A stretch of DNA of 64,000 nt from Acidobacteriota bacterium (GTDB lineage: Bacteria; Acidobacteriota; UBA890; WLXD01): assembly GCA_965248695.1 (NCBI GenBank), contig CBDFKD010000002.1, forward strand, positions 2,528,001 to 2,592,000. The letters run 5' to 3'. A program made the translations under genes and the position numbers. The notes below the pieces were generated by a model that worked only from the letters and a program-made list of their open reading frames with translations, did not search any database and was not told the origin of the DNA. Positions within the stretch are counted from its first letter, which is position 1. Every line of letters starts with the position of its first letter. Positions 37,450 to 46,805 of the stretch are shown here, piece by piece.

Positions 37450-39900
37450 CTAGTCGATATCGGCGGCTATCGCGGCCTGGGCTCTGCTCATCCGGAAAGC
37501 ACCACTCTTGGCCACGCCAAGGAGAAACGACGACATCGCGTAGCCGTTCTCTTCTGCGTCTCGCACGATCGCACGGATCGCCGGCATATCGTAATACTCC
37601 ACGCGCCGTCCAAGCGCGTAGGCCATGAGGCTTTCAGTGAAAAAACTCGCGAACACGTCGGAGCGACTCAAGAGCGCTGCTCGCAAATCTCCGGGGCCGT
37701 TGATTGGCGTGCCGTCGTAGAGCTCGCCGGACGCGTCGACGGGTACACCGCGGTCGCGAATCCGCCAGGCGCCGGTAACGTCGAAGTTGTCGAGCGCCAG
37801 CCCGATCGGATCGATGACGTTGTGACACGAGCTGCAGGCAGGGTTGGCGCGATGCTCGGCAAGCTGCTCGCGCACCGACAGGAAGCGATCCCCCTTTACG
37901 CTGGCGGTTTCCTCTAGATCCGGAATGTCCGGTGGTGGCGGCGGCGGCGGACTGCCGAGCAACACCTCCATGATCCATTTGCCGCGCAGCACCGGCGAAG
38001 TGCGGTTGGCGTGCGAGGTGAGCGTGAGAATGCTGCCGTGTCCCAGTAGGCCACGTCGCTGGTCGTTCGAGTACGACACGCGGCGGAACTCGGTGCCGTT
38101 GACCCCAGGTATTCCGTAGTGACGTGCCAGGCGCTCGTTAACGAACGTGTAATCGGCGCTCAACAGCTCCAACGCGCTGCGATCCTCGCGCACGAGGAAC
38201 GAGAACAGCATCTCGGTTTCGCGCTGCATGGCCTCGGCGAGCGTGTGGTCGAAGTACGGGTAGGTCAGCGCGTCGGGGTCGACCTTGCTGAGGTCCTGCA
38301 GGCGGAGCCACTGGGCCGCGAAGCGGGTGGCGAGCGCCTCGGACCGCGGGTCCGACAGCATCCGGCGCACCTGGCGCTCGATCGTTTCCGCGGTTGAAAG
38401 GTCGCCGTGCTTGCTGGCCTCTACGAGCTCCCGATCGGGAGGTGCGCCCCAGAGGAAGAACGAGAGGCGCGAGGCCAGGTCAACATCGCTGATGCGGTAC
38501 ACCTCGCCGGGCTGCAGGGTGGTGGGGGCCGATTCCATCCGAAATACGAAGTGCGGGCTCGCCAGCAGCGCTTGCAACGCCATGCGGACGCCGCCCTCGA
38601 AGCCACCATCCGCCGCGCCCTGCTGGTAGAACCGCATCAGGCCAGCCAGGTCGCCGTCGCGCAACGGCCGTCGGTACGCCTGCGTGGCCAGGCGTGCAAG
38701 GATGCGCTCGGCGCACGGACCAGCCTCGTCGGGAGCGGTCGGACGGCAAACGAAGACGCGCCGCCGGGTGGGGTTGTCGGAGACACCGGTAACCTCGAAG
38801 GGCCCGACGATGGAGAAGTTGCTCAGATGGGGCAGCGTCGTCACCCCGTAGCCGAGCCCGATCTGCTGGTCGGCAAGCGTGTGATCGATCGGCGTTACCA
38901 GGTCGTCTTCCGGCCCGTCGTCGCGACGGATGAACGCCACCGCCACCATCCGCGGCCCGGCCCGCACATCGATCTGGTTGGTGACGATCGTGGCGCCACC
39001 GGCATCCGACTCCGACATCCAGCGGTCGAGCTCGAGCACCGCCGCTCGCTCCCCGTCAATCGAGATATCGATCGTCTCGCCGAGCGAAGTTCGGCCGAAC
39101 AACTCGCCTTCCGCTGCCACATGCGGCATGACGCGGAACTCGTACTTGCCGTCGGCGGGGAAATTGTGCACCACGGCGATGCCGCCGCGCGTCCCGAACG
39201 GCGCCCCGTCGACGCGCTCCTTCTGCGACGCCGTGCGCGGCACCGTGTACATGGAGGAGGCGGAATCAGTGTCAGGATCGCCCAGCGCTGCGCGGCTGAT
39301 GTGGCCGGCGGCGCGGAGGTAGCCCTCCATCAAGGTCGCCGAGGGCATCTGAACGTCGGCGATGTTGTCGAAGCTGGCGCTCTTCGTATCCAAGGGAAGG
39401 AAGAGGCTGACGTCGATGTCGAGCCCCAGCAAATCACGAACCGAGGCGGCGTACTCGGCACGGTTGAGGCGCTGGAACGTGCGGCGGCCGGGTTGCGGAT
39501 CGGCGGCAGCGGCATCGTCGATGCTCGCCTCGAGCGCCACCACCAGCGCCTCCACGACCTCCCGGTCCGGCTGGCGCGCCGTCGGCGGCGGCATCATGCC
39601 GGCGCGCAGCTTGCGGATCATCTTCTCGGCGATCTCGGCGTGCTCGGGGGCGCGTGCGGCGTCGAACGTCTCCAGCGTCAGCCCGCCGGTGCGTGATCCG
39701 TCGTTGTGACAGCGAAGGCAAAACCGTCCGATGGTCTGGTTCTGGTCTTCATACGACATGCGCTCTTCGACCGTCGGCGATGTCACCGCGTTCGGGGACT
39801 CCGCGGACCCTGGCTCCAGGCGGCGGGCAAGGCCGACGTCGACCGTGAGACCAAGCAACAGCAGCGCGCAGATCGGGACTGCGATGACCAGCTTTCTCAT
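37450..39900 (-). CDS. DUF1592/DUF1588/DUF1587-domain cytochrome c-like protein
   Basis: CLRCH, GMMPP, RLNRAEY, LASRLSFFLW, RTSPVLRGKW, CSSCH..IDPIG. Confidence 0.88.
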   Translation of the reverse strand: MRKLVIAVPICALLLLGLTVDVGLARRLEPGSAESPNAVTSPTVEERMSYEDQNQTIGRFCLRCHNDGSRTGGLTLETFDAARAPEHAEIAEKMIRKLRAGMMPPPTARQPDREVVEALVVALEASIDDAAAADPQPGRRTFQRLNRAEYAASVRDLLGLDIDVSLFLPLDTKSASFDNIADVQMPSATLMEGYLRAAGHISRAALGDPDTDSASSMYTVPRTASQKERVDGAPFGTRGGIAVVHNFPADGKYEFRVMPHVAAEGELFGRTSLGETIDISIDGERAAVLELDRWMSESDAGGATIVTNQIDVRAGPRMVAVAFIRRDDGPEDDLVTPIDHTLADQQIGLGYGVTTLPHLSNFSIVGPFEVTGVSDNPTRRRVFVCRPTAPDEAGPCAERILARLATQAYRRPLRDGDLAGLMRFYQQGAADGGFEGGVRMALQALLASPHFVFRMESAPTTLQPGEVYRISDVDLASRLSFFLWGAPPDRELVEASKHGDLSTAETIERQVRRMLSDPRSEALATRFAAQWLRLQDLSKVDPDALTYPYFDHTLAEAMQRETEMLFSFLVREDRSALELLSADYTFVNERLARHYGIPGVNGTEFRRVSYSNDQRRGLLGHGSILTLTSHANRTSPVLRGKWIMEVLLGSPPPPPPPDIPDLEETASVKGDRFLSVREQLAEHRANPACSSCHNVIDPIGLALDNFDVTGAWRIRDRGVPVDASGELYDGTPINGPGDLRAALLSRSDVFASFFTESLMAYALGRRVEYYDMPAIRAIVRDAEENGYAMSSFLLGVAKSGAFRMSRAQAAIAADID

Positions 39901-40231
39901 GCCACCTTCATATCTAGGCAGGAGCGTCACCCAGAGGCGGGAGCGGAACATCGGAGCAGCAAAGCGTCCGGCACTCCGGAGGCTCGCTGCCGACCTCGAA
40001 ACATAACACCAGAACCGAATTCTACCGGGTATGTGGCCAATCTCCAGGAGATCGAGCTCAACTCTGGAATTCAGCTTCGCTGGTCTCACCGCCGCCGAAA
40101 CTGCCGAGGCACTGGGCGTGTCACTGAGCACGGTCGAGAGAAGCTGGCGTGCCGTGCGCACATACCTTGGTCGGGAGCTGGCGGGGGCTCCCTGATCTCA
40201 TGTTTCCTCGGCCCTGAGCGCGCAAGCGGAT

Positions 40232-40257
40232 GAAACCGTTTCGCGCCCGTGGCCGTC
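40232..40257 (+). promoter_or_regulatory. Possible ECF-type promoter
   Basis: GAAAC-N17-CGTC about 50 nt upstream of ATG 40308. Confidence 0.35.
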
Positions 40258-40307
40258 CTGCATAGCAGGACTGCACGCGTTCGCTACGGCCAAACTCGGG
40301 AACGACT

Positions 40308-42863
40308 ATGGACAGCCTCTGGCAGGACTTTCGCTACGCGGTACGCGTGCTGGGCAAGAACCCCGGCTTCACCGTCGTGGCGGTGCTGGTGCTGGCGCTC
40401 GGCATCGGCGCCAACACGTCGATGTTCACGCTCACCAACGCTCTCCTGCTGCGACCGATCGAGGCCGAGGCTCCGCACGAGCTGGTGGCGCTCTACGGCA
40501 AGAACGTCGCACGCCCGGACTCGTATCGTGCGTTCTCCTACCCGAACTTCGAGGACGTGCGGGAGCTGAGCAACACCTTCACCAGCCTGATGGCGCACGA
40601 CATCACAGCGGTGGGGCTGACCGAGGGCGACGTGACGCGGCGCATCTTCGCCGAGTTCGCCTCGCACGACTATCTGGACACCTTCGGTGTGGTGCCGTTC
40701 CGCGGCCGCTTCTTCACGGCTGCGGAGGAAGCGCCGGAGTCGGGAGTTCCTGTCGCCGTCGTGAGCTACGAATACTGGAGAAGGACGGGGCGCGATCCCG
40801 AGCTCGTTGGCAACGCGGTGGAAGTCAACGGTCAAACGTTGACCATCGTCGGCATCGCACCGCGCAATTTCACCGGCCGTACCGCGCTCCTGTCGCCTAG
40901 CCTGTACATCCCACTGGGGATGTACCACCTGCTGGTGAACGAGACGTTCGGCGGCGACAGCGGTCAGTCGCTGTCGGATCGTGACAATCACGACCTTTTC
41001 CTCGTCGGACGCCTGCGCTCCGGACTGACCATCGACGAGGCGAATGTCGAGCTGGAGGTGCTAGCGGCGCAGCTTGAGGACGCGCACGCGGCGATCAACC
41101 AGGATCAGACGATCATCGTCGACGCGCTGTCGCGCCTCGGCGTGAGCACGAGCCCCAACAGCGACGACGGCATCGGGCTGGTGGTGGCGCTGCTGATGGG
41201 GATGACGAGCATCGTCCTGCTGATCGCCTGCATCAACCTCGCCAACATGATGCTGGCCCGCGGCGCTGTTCGCCGTAAGGAGTTTGCCATCCGCGCCGCG
41301 ATCGGCGGCGGGCGAGTGCGCATCGTGCGACAGCTGCTTACCGAGGGGCTGCTGCTGTCGGTTCTGGGTGGACTCGCGGGGCTGGCAATCTCCTATTGGG
41401 TGAACACGCTGATGGCGGCCTCGATGAACCAACTGCTGGCAATGAACAGCCTGGCCATGGACATCGTCCTGCACGCTGCCCCCGACACTCGCGTGCTACT
41501 CGCGACCGCCGCGTTCTGTCTGATCGGCACGCTGTTGTTCGGCTTCGGACCCGCGTGGCGGCAGTCGCGCCCCGACGTCATGCAGGATCTAAAGGACCAG
41601 ATCGGAAACGCCACCGGTGGACGCCACGGTCGCCGCCCAGGGCGGCGCAACCTGCTCGTGGTTAGCCAGATCGCGCTGTCGCTGGTACTGCTGACGTCGG
41701 CGGGGCTGTTCATCCGCGGCGCCTTGAAGGCGGCGAACGTCGATCCCGGGTTCGACATCGACAACGGCTTGCTAGTAGAGATCGATCCGAGCCTCGCCGG
41801 CTACGACGATCTGCAGAGCAAGGATCTCTATCGCCGGCTCATCGATCGGCTCCGTAGCATTCCCGAGATCGAGGCGGCGAGCGTAGCCGCCACGGTAGCG
41901 TTCGGAACCGTCTCGAACGGAAGTAGCGTGCGCCGCGCCGAGGACCTACCAGTGGCGTCCGGGGACGGCACCGAGGAGATCGAGACCGTCTCGGCAACCT
42001 CCAACGTTGTCGGCGACGACTACTTCGAGGCCCTCGGAACGGGTGTGGCTCGAGGCCGCGGCTTCACCCTCGCCGAGTCTGAAACCGACAGCGGGCCTCG
42101 CGTCGCCATCATCGATGAGCTGTTGGCGGCCGAGCTGTGGCCGGGGCCGGATCCGCTCGGACGCTCCATCGGATTCGGACGCGATCCGAGCACTCGAGGT
42201 AGCAACGACAGGGAGGTTGTCGGCGTCGTCAAGACGGTCCGCGACGACTTGTTTCCGGCCGAGCCCCGCCCGCATGTGTACATGCCGTTCGGCCAGAGCT
42301 TCCAGGCGGGGATGAACATTCACCTGCGCGCCGCGCCGATGGGTGACGACGCCCGCGCTGCGTTGCTGCGAACCGTGCGACGTGAAATGCGGGCGGTCGA
42401 CGATCGGCTGCCGATACTGAGCCTCAAGACGCTACAGGGTCATATCAGCGAGAGCGCCAGCCTGTGGGTGGTCGGCCTCGGTGCCACCATCTTCACCGCC
42501 TTCGGGGCGCTGGCGCTATTCCTGGCGGTGGTCGGTGTTTACGGGGTCAAGGCGTACACCGTTGCCCAGCGCACGCGCGAGATCGGCATTCGCAAGTCGC
42601 TGGGCGCTTCCGCCAGCGACACGCTATGGCTGATCCTCCGAGAAGGCCTGATGCTGACGCTCGCCGGCCTGGGGATCGGCCTCGTGCTGTCGGCTAGTGT
42701 GGCGCGACTGCTATCCAGCCTGCTCTACGAGGTCAGCGCCCTCGATCCGCTCGCCTTCATCGCCGCACCGTTGATCTTGGCCGCCGCGTCGCTGCTTGCT
42801 ACCTACCTGCCGGCACGGCGGGCAGCGAACATCGCCCCGATCACTGCCTTGCGCCATCAGTAG
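40308..42863 (+). CDS. ADOP-family duplicated ABC permease
   Basis: QDFRYAVR.L.KNPGFT, LALGIGAN, LLIAC.NLAN, RTREIGIR, PARRAA. Confidence 0.92.
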   Translation: MDSLWQDFRYAVRVLGKNPGFTVVAVLVLALGIGANTSMFTLTNALLLRPIEAEAPHELVALYGKNVARPDSYRAFSYPNFEDVRELSNTFTSLMAHDITAVGLTEGDVTRRIFAEFASHDYLDTFGVVPFRGRFFTAAEEAPESGVPVAVVSYEYWRRTGRDPELVGNAVEVNGQTLTIVGIAPRNFTGRTALLSPSLYIPLGMYHLLVNETFGGDSGQSLSDRDNHDLFLVGRLRSGLTIDEANVELEVLAAQLEDAHAAINQDQTIIVDALSRLGVSTSPNSDDGIGLVVALLMGMTSIVLLIACINLANMMLARGAVRRKEFAIRAAIGGGRVRIVRQLLTEGLLLSVLGGLAGLAISYWVNTLMAASMNQLLAMNSLAMDIVLHAAPDTRVLLATAAFCLIGTLLFGFGPAWRQSRPDVMQDLKDQIGNATGGRHGRRPGRRNLLVVSQIALSLVLLTSAGLFIRGALKAANVDPGFDIDNGLLVEIDPSLAGYDDLQSKDLYRRLIDRLRSIPEIEAASVAATVAFGTVSNGSSVRRAEDLPVASGDGTEEIETVSATSNVVGDDYFEALGTGVARGRGFTLAESETDSGPRVAIIDELLAAELWPGPDPLGRSIGFGRDPSTRGSNDREVVGVVKTVRDDLFPAEPRPHVYMPFGQSFQAGMNIHLRAAPMGDDARAALLRTVRREMRAVDDRLPILSLKTLQGHISESASLWVVGLGATIFTAFGALALFLAVVGVYGVKAYTVAQRTREIGIRKSLGASASDTLWLILREGLMLTLAGLGIGLVLSASVARLLSSLLYEVSALDPLAFIAAPLILAAASLLATYLPARRAANIAPITALRHQ

Positions 42864-44460
42864 TCGGAAACACCGCCTCCGGCGGCTGTTCGGGAAGCGG
42901 CTCGACGAATCGGTACTCGCCGTCGAACACGCTGCGGTTGCCGTCGGGTGCCCACCGACCCCAGATCGCCTGCACCATGTCGTCGGTCAGGTTCACCATG
43001 CGATGCATGGTATTCGGCGCGATGTACACGATCTCGCCGCGCTCGGCGATAAACGTATCGTCGCCAAGCGTCCACTCGGTCTGCCCGCTCAGAACGACGT
43101 AGAACTCCGGTACCGGATGCACGTGACCAGCGTAGATCGCCCGCGGCGCGAGCTCCCACAACCCGACCTGCAGGTCGTCGTCCGGGATCGAGTCGCCACC
43201 GATGACGGTGTTCCAGCGCTGAATACCGAAGGTGGTCTCCCATCCGAGCGCCGCGGCGTTGACATGTGCCGGCACCGGAGGCTCCGGGTCGGAGACGCGT
43301 ATCACGGCCGACAGCGACATCTGGTCCGCCAGGTAGAGGTCGGCTACTTCCAGACCAAGGTTCTCGGGAACGATGTCGTTCATGTTGCACATCACGAAGG
43401 TGGAGAACTGCTGATCTGGAAAGCGCACGTAGTACGCCTTGAAGCCCATGAACGAGCCGGTGTGCCCGAGCGTTCGCAGGCCGCGATGCTCCCCCTCGCG
43501 GATCGCGAACGCGTAGTCCAGCACCTCGCCACTGTTGAGCACGCCCTTGGTATGCATCACGTCCATGAAGTCGGGCCCACCGAGCCGGTTGTCGAGGAAG
43601 TTGCGGTCCCAACGGATGAAGTCCTCGACTGTGGTGTAGAGCCCGCCGGCGCCGGGCAGGGCGAAGTTTCCCTGATAGCTCTGGATGTAGCGGTCGGAGC
43701 CCTTCCCGCCGGTGGCCGGCGACGGCATGTAGCTCATGGCGCGGCGGGCGACAATGTGCACCGGGTCGTCGTGGAAGTGCGTGTTGCTCATGCCGAGAGG
43801 CTCGAAGATCCGCTCGGTGGTGTATTCACGAAGGCTCATGCCGCTGGCCCGCTGCACCACCATCGACAGCAGCAGATAGCCGCCGTTGGAGTACTGGTAC
43901 TTGTCCCCCGGCGGGAAATCGAGCTCCTGGCGCGCTAGCAACGCCAGGGCCTCATCGCGACTGAACTGGTTCCACGTGGTGAGCCCGTTCTCGCGCATCA
44001 CCCGGTACATGTCGGGCACACCACTGGTGTGGTGTACCAGGTGCCGAACCGTGACCGGCGGGTCGCGGTCGGGCATCTCCGGCAGGTACTCGCGGACGTC
44101 GTCATCGAGAGCAAGCTTGCCGTCGTGCGCCAGGAAGGCAATGGCGGCGGCGGTGAACTGCTTGGAGACGGAGCCGACGTAGATGACGGTCGTCGGGCTC
44201 ATCGGGATGTCCCAGTCGAGGTTGGCGTGCCCGTATCCGTTCTTGTAGATCAGCTTTCCTTGGTCAGCCACGCCCAGGGAGCATCCGACGGATCCCGGCT
44301 CATCAAACTGCGCGAACACTGCGTCTATTTCGCCCGGGTCCGGGATCTGCAACGCGACCGGCCCGGCCTCCTGCGCTTCTCCGACGCCAGGAACCCCCGA
44401 CAGCAAAGCCGCCAAAGCGACGGTCACCGACACAAAGGGAACGCGCAGCAGCCTCATCAT
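42841..44460 (-). CDS. Serine hydrolase (class C beta-lactamase-like) with C-terminal cupin domain
   Basis: SVSK, LVHHTSG, YSN, GHTG; C-terminal GHVHPVPEFYVVLSG...PNTMH. Confidence 0.85.
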   Translation of the reverse strand: MMRLLRVPFVSVTVALAALLSGVPGVGEAQEAGPVALQIPDPGEIDAVFAQFDEPGSVGCSLGVADQGKLIYKNGYGHANLDWDIPMSPTTVIYVGSVSKQFTAAAIAFLAHDGKLALDDDVREYLPEMPDRDPPVTVRHLVHHTSGVPDMYRVMRENGLTTWNQFSRDEALALLARQELDFPPGDKYQYSNGGYLLLSMVVQRASGMSLREYTTERIFEPLGMSNTHFHDDPVHIVARRAMSYMPSPATGGKGSDRYIQSYQGNFALPGAGGLYTTVEDFIRWDRNFLDNRLGGPDFMDVMHTKGVLNSGEVLDYAFAIREGEHRGLRTLGHTGSFMGFKAYYVRFPDQQFSTFVMCNMNDIVPENLGLEVADLYLADQMSLSAVIRVSDPEPPVPAHVNAAALGWETTFGIQRWNTVIGGDSIPDDDLQVGLWELAPRAIYAGHVHPVPEFYVVLSGQTEWTLGDDTFIAERGEIVYIAPNTMHRMVNLTDDMVQAIWGRWAPDGNRSVFDGEYRFVEPLPEQPPEAVFPTTDGARQ

Positions 44461-44477
44461 GCCCTCCTTGGGTTGCG

Positions 44478-46550
44478 TCAACCGCCGTAGCGCTCGAACC
44501 ACTCGATCATACGGCGCAGCCGCTCGACCAGATTCACCGGGGTGCCGTTGCGCGACAGGCCGTGGTTCTCGCCACGGAACACCAGCAACTCGGTGTCGAC
44601 AGCGTTGTTCTTCAGCGCGTAGAACCACTCCTCAGCTTGACCAAGGGGGCAGATCATATCCTGATCGCTGTGGATGATCAGGGTCGGCGTGGTTACGTTG
44701 TCGGCGTGCTTCAGGGGCGAGCGATCCCAGTACAGATCCCAGTTGTCCCAAAGGTTGCCGCCAAACTCGTCGCGCATGGCGCGCGGGGTGTACTGCTGGG
44801 TACCGGCCTCCGAGACCCAGCTGGACACGCTGCGCTGGGTGACGGCGGCTCGGAACCTGCCGGTCTGGGTGGTGATCCAGTTGGTGAGGAAGCCGCCGTG
44901 GCTGCCGCCAGTGACAAACAGTCGTTCCGGGTCGATCCAGTCGTAACGCGCCAGCAGCTCGTCGACCAGCTGCATGTTGTCGCGATAGTCGACGCCGCCG
45001 TAGTCGAGGCGCACGGCGCTCTGATGCGCGTCGCCGTAGCCTGTAGAACCACGATAGTTCACGAAGGTCACGGCCCAGCCCCTACCGGCGAGCATCTGGT
45101 TCTCGTGGAACCACTGATAGCCCCACATGCCACCGGGACCGCCCTTGATGTTCAGCACCAGTGGGATCTTGCCCTCGGTCGGAACAACCGGACGCAGCAG
45201 AAACGCCTGCACCTCGGTGCCGTCATCGTTGGTAAACCGAATCTCCTCGAGCTCGCCACGCGCCAGCGGCGCTAGCAAATCCTCGTTGAGCCGGGTGAGC
45301 TGACGCATCGAGCCGCCGTCGGCGCTGGCGACGAACACCTCGGGCAACGATTGCTCGTCGTCGAGGGTGAAGGCGATTCGGTCCGCACCCGTGGCGACGG
45401 ACAGGTTTCGCACCGACCAGTCGGGCTCCAGTAAACGCGTCGCCGCGGCGGTCGTGACATCGAGGCGGAACAGCCCGCGGCTGCCCTGATCGTCGGCAAC
45501 GAGAAAGATCGCCGAGCTGTCGCGCGACCAACTCAACGAGCCCGGATTGCGATCGAGGCTCGAGGTGACGTTGCGCGGCGGATCCGATCCGTCGAGCGCT
45601 CGCACGAAGACGTCGGGCTGGTCGTACGGAGCGTCGGTGCGGACGTAGGCGACCCTCGTCCCGTCGGGAGAGATCCGCGCGCCGGAGTCCCGGTGTGCTT
45701 GCGTGGTGAGCTGCACCGGTACGATCGACTCGGGGCTCGACAGGTCGCCGGCAAGATCGATGCGCCAGATATCGGAGTTGGAGCCGCCGTCGTACTCGAG
45801 CCCGGTGCGGTCCGACGAGAAGACCAGGGTGGCGCTGTCGTTCGATAGGTGCGGAGAGCTGTCGTTCCAGGCAGTGCCGTGGGTCAGCTGCACGCTCGTG
45901 CCGGTCTCGATGTCGAACAGAAAGAGATGCCGACGACGCTGGTCGAGGTAGCCGCGACCGTTGGCCTTGTACAGCGCGTCCTTGACGACGTCGAGGTCCG
46001 GCCTGGGCTCCGTGGCCGAGGCATCCTCATCTGACGTTTTGGGCCCTTCCAGCGTCAGCAACAGCCGGTCGCCGCTGGGCAGCCACTGCAACTCGCCAAC
46101 GCCGCCCTCGATTCTGCTCCGCTGTCGCGCCTCACCGCCGTCGCGAGGCATGAGGAAGACTTGCGACGACTCCGGGATCGCGGCGCTAGTCGAATCTGTC
46201 CCCGTGGTCTCGGCACCGGTTCGCAGGAAGGCGATCGCCGTGCCATCGGGCGACCATCGAGGAGAACCATCGGTCGTGCCGGCGGTGAGCGGTCGCGGAC
46301 GGGCGGAGCCGTCCGCTGCGACCATCCAGATGGTGCGATCACGGCCGCGACGATCGTCGCTAACGTCAGCGACGACGAACAGCACCTCCTCGCCGTTTGG
46401 CGATATCTGCACGTCGCTGATCTGTCGGAACGCGTAGTAGTCCTCCGGAACCATGGGCCGCGCGGCCAGGCCGGTGGCTTCCTGAGCCGACCAGGCGGGA
46501 ACGGCGAGACACAACCCGAGTATGCTGCCGGCGGCGTAGAGCGTTCGCAT
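44478..46550 (-). CDS. S9 family peptidase
   Basis: Beta-propeller SPDG repeats, GGP, NYRGSTGYG, GGSHGG nucleophile motif, catalytic D and H (ENHG); AAGGA RBS before ATG 46550. Confidence 0.9.
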   Translation of the reverse strand: MRTLYAAGSILGLCLAVPAWSAQEATGLAARPMVPEDYYAFRQISDVQISPNGEEVLFVVADVSDDRRGRDRTIWMVAADGSARPRPLTAGTTDGSPRWSPDGTAIAFLRTGAETTGTDSTSAAIPESSQVFLMPRDGGEARQRSRIEGGVGELQWLPSGDRLLLTLEGPKTSDEDASATEPRPDLDVVKDALYKANGRGYLDQRRRHLFLFDIETGTSVQLTHGTAWNDSSPHLSNDSATLVFSSDRTGLEYDGGSNSDIWRIDLAGDLSSPESIVPVQLTTQAHRDSGARISPDGTRVAYVRTDAPYDQPDVFVRALDGSDPPRNVTSSLDRNPGSLSWSRDSSAIFLVADDQGSRGLFRLDVTTAAATRLLEPDWSVRNLSVATGADRIAFTLDDEQSLPEVFVASADGGSMRQLTRLNEDLLAPLARGELEEIRFTNDDGTEVQAFLLRPVVPTEGKIPLVLNIKGGPGGMWGYQWFHENQMLAGRGWAVTFVNYRGSTGYGDAHQSAVRLDYGGVDYRDNMQLVDELLARYDWIDPERLFVTGGSHGGFLTNWITTQTGRFRAAVTQRSVSSWVSEAGTQQYTPRAMRDEFGGNLWDNWDLYWDRSPLKHADNVTTPTLIIHSDQDMICPLGQAEEWFYALKNNAVDTELLVFRGENHGLSRNGTPVNLVERLRRMIEWFERYGG

Positions 46551-46624
46551 TTGGCTTCCTTTCGGCTGATTCGCCGACCGTGGGAAATGCTCACGATTTC
46601 CCCGGGTACGGCAAACTCTGCTAG

Positions 46625-46805
46625 TGGCTTGTAACAGATGATCGTCGCCACTGTTCTCTTGATGGGCCTGCGGACAGATGGGCAGTTGCGGGCGATCTCG
46701 GCGTTGCGGCTCCTGGACGATGTCCAAGCATCGACTTCGTCGCCGCGCCTTGATCTCACCCGCAAATCCCATCTGCGATAGGCAACGTTCATCTGTTACA
46801 GGCCA
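46625..46805. mobile_element. MITE-like element, 181 bp, 22/25-bp terminal inverted repeat, CTAG duplication
   Basis: TGGCTTGTAACAGATGATCGTCGCC ... GGCAACGTTCATCTGTTACAGGCCA; CTAG at 46621-46624 and 46806-46809; interior homologous to 28638-28812. Confidence 0.88.

Noticed and set aside
42841-42863. 23-bp overlap of convergent genes
   Set aside because: Short convergent overlaps are common in GC-rich genomes.
46582-46602. Inverted repeat GGGAAAT-N7-ATTTCCC upstream of the S9 peptidase
   Set aside because: Could be an operator or hairpin, but it occurs once, has no U-tract and has no other support.
46551-46772. N-terminal extension MGFAGEIKARR of the S9 peptidase ORF, and the similar ORF at 28671-28985
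   Set aside because: Both are read-throughs of the MITE. The peptidase has an RBS and signal peptide from ATG 46550.
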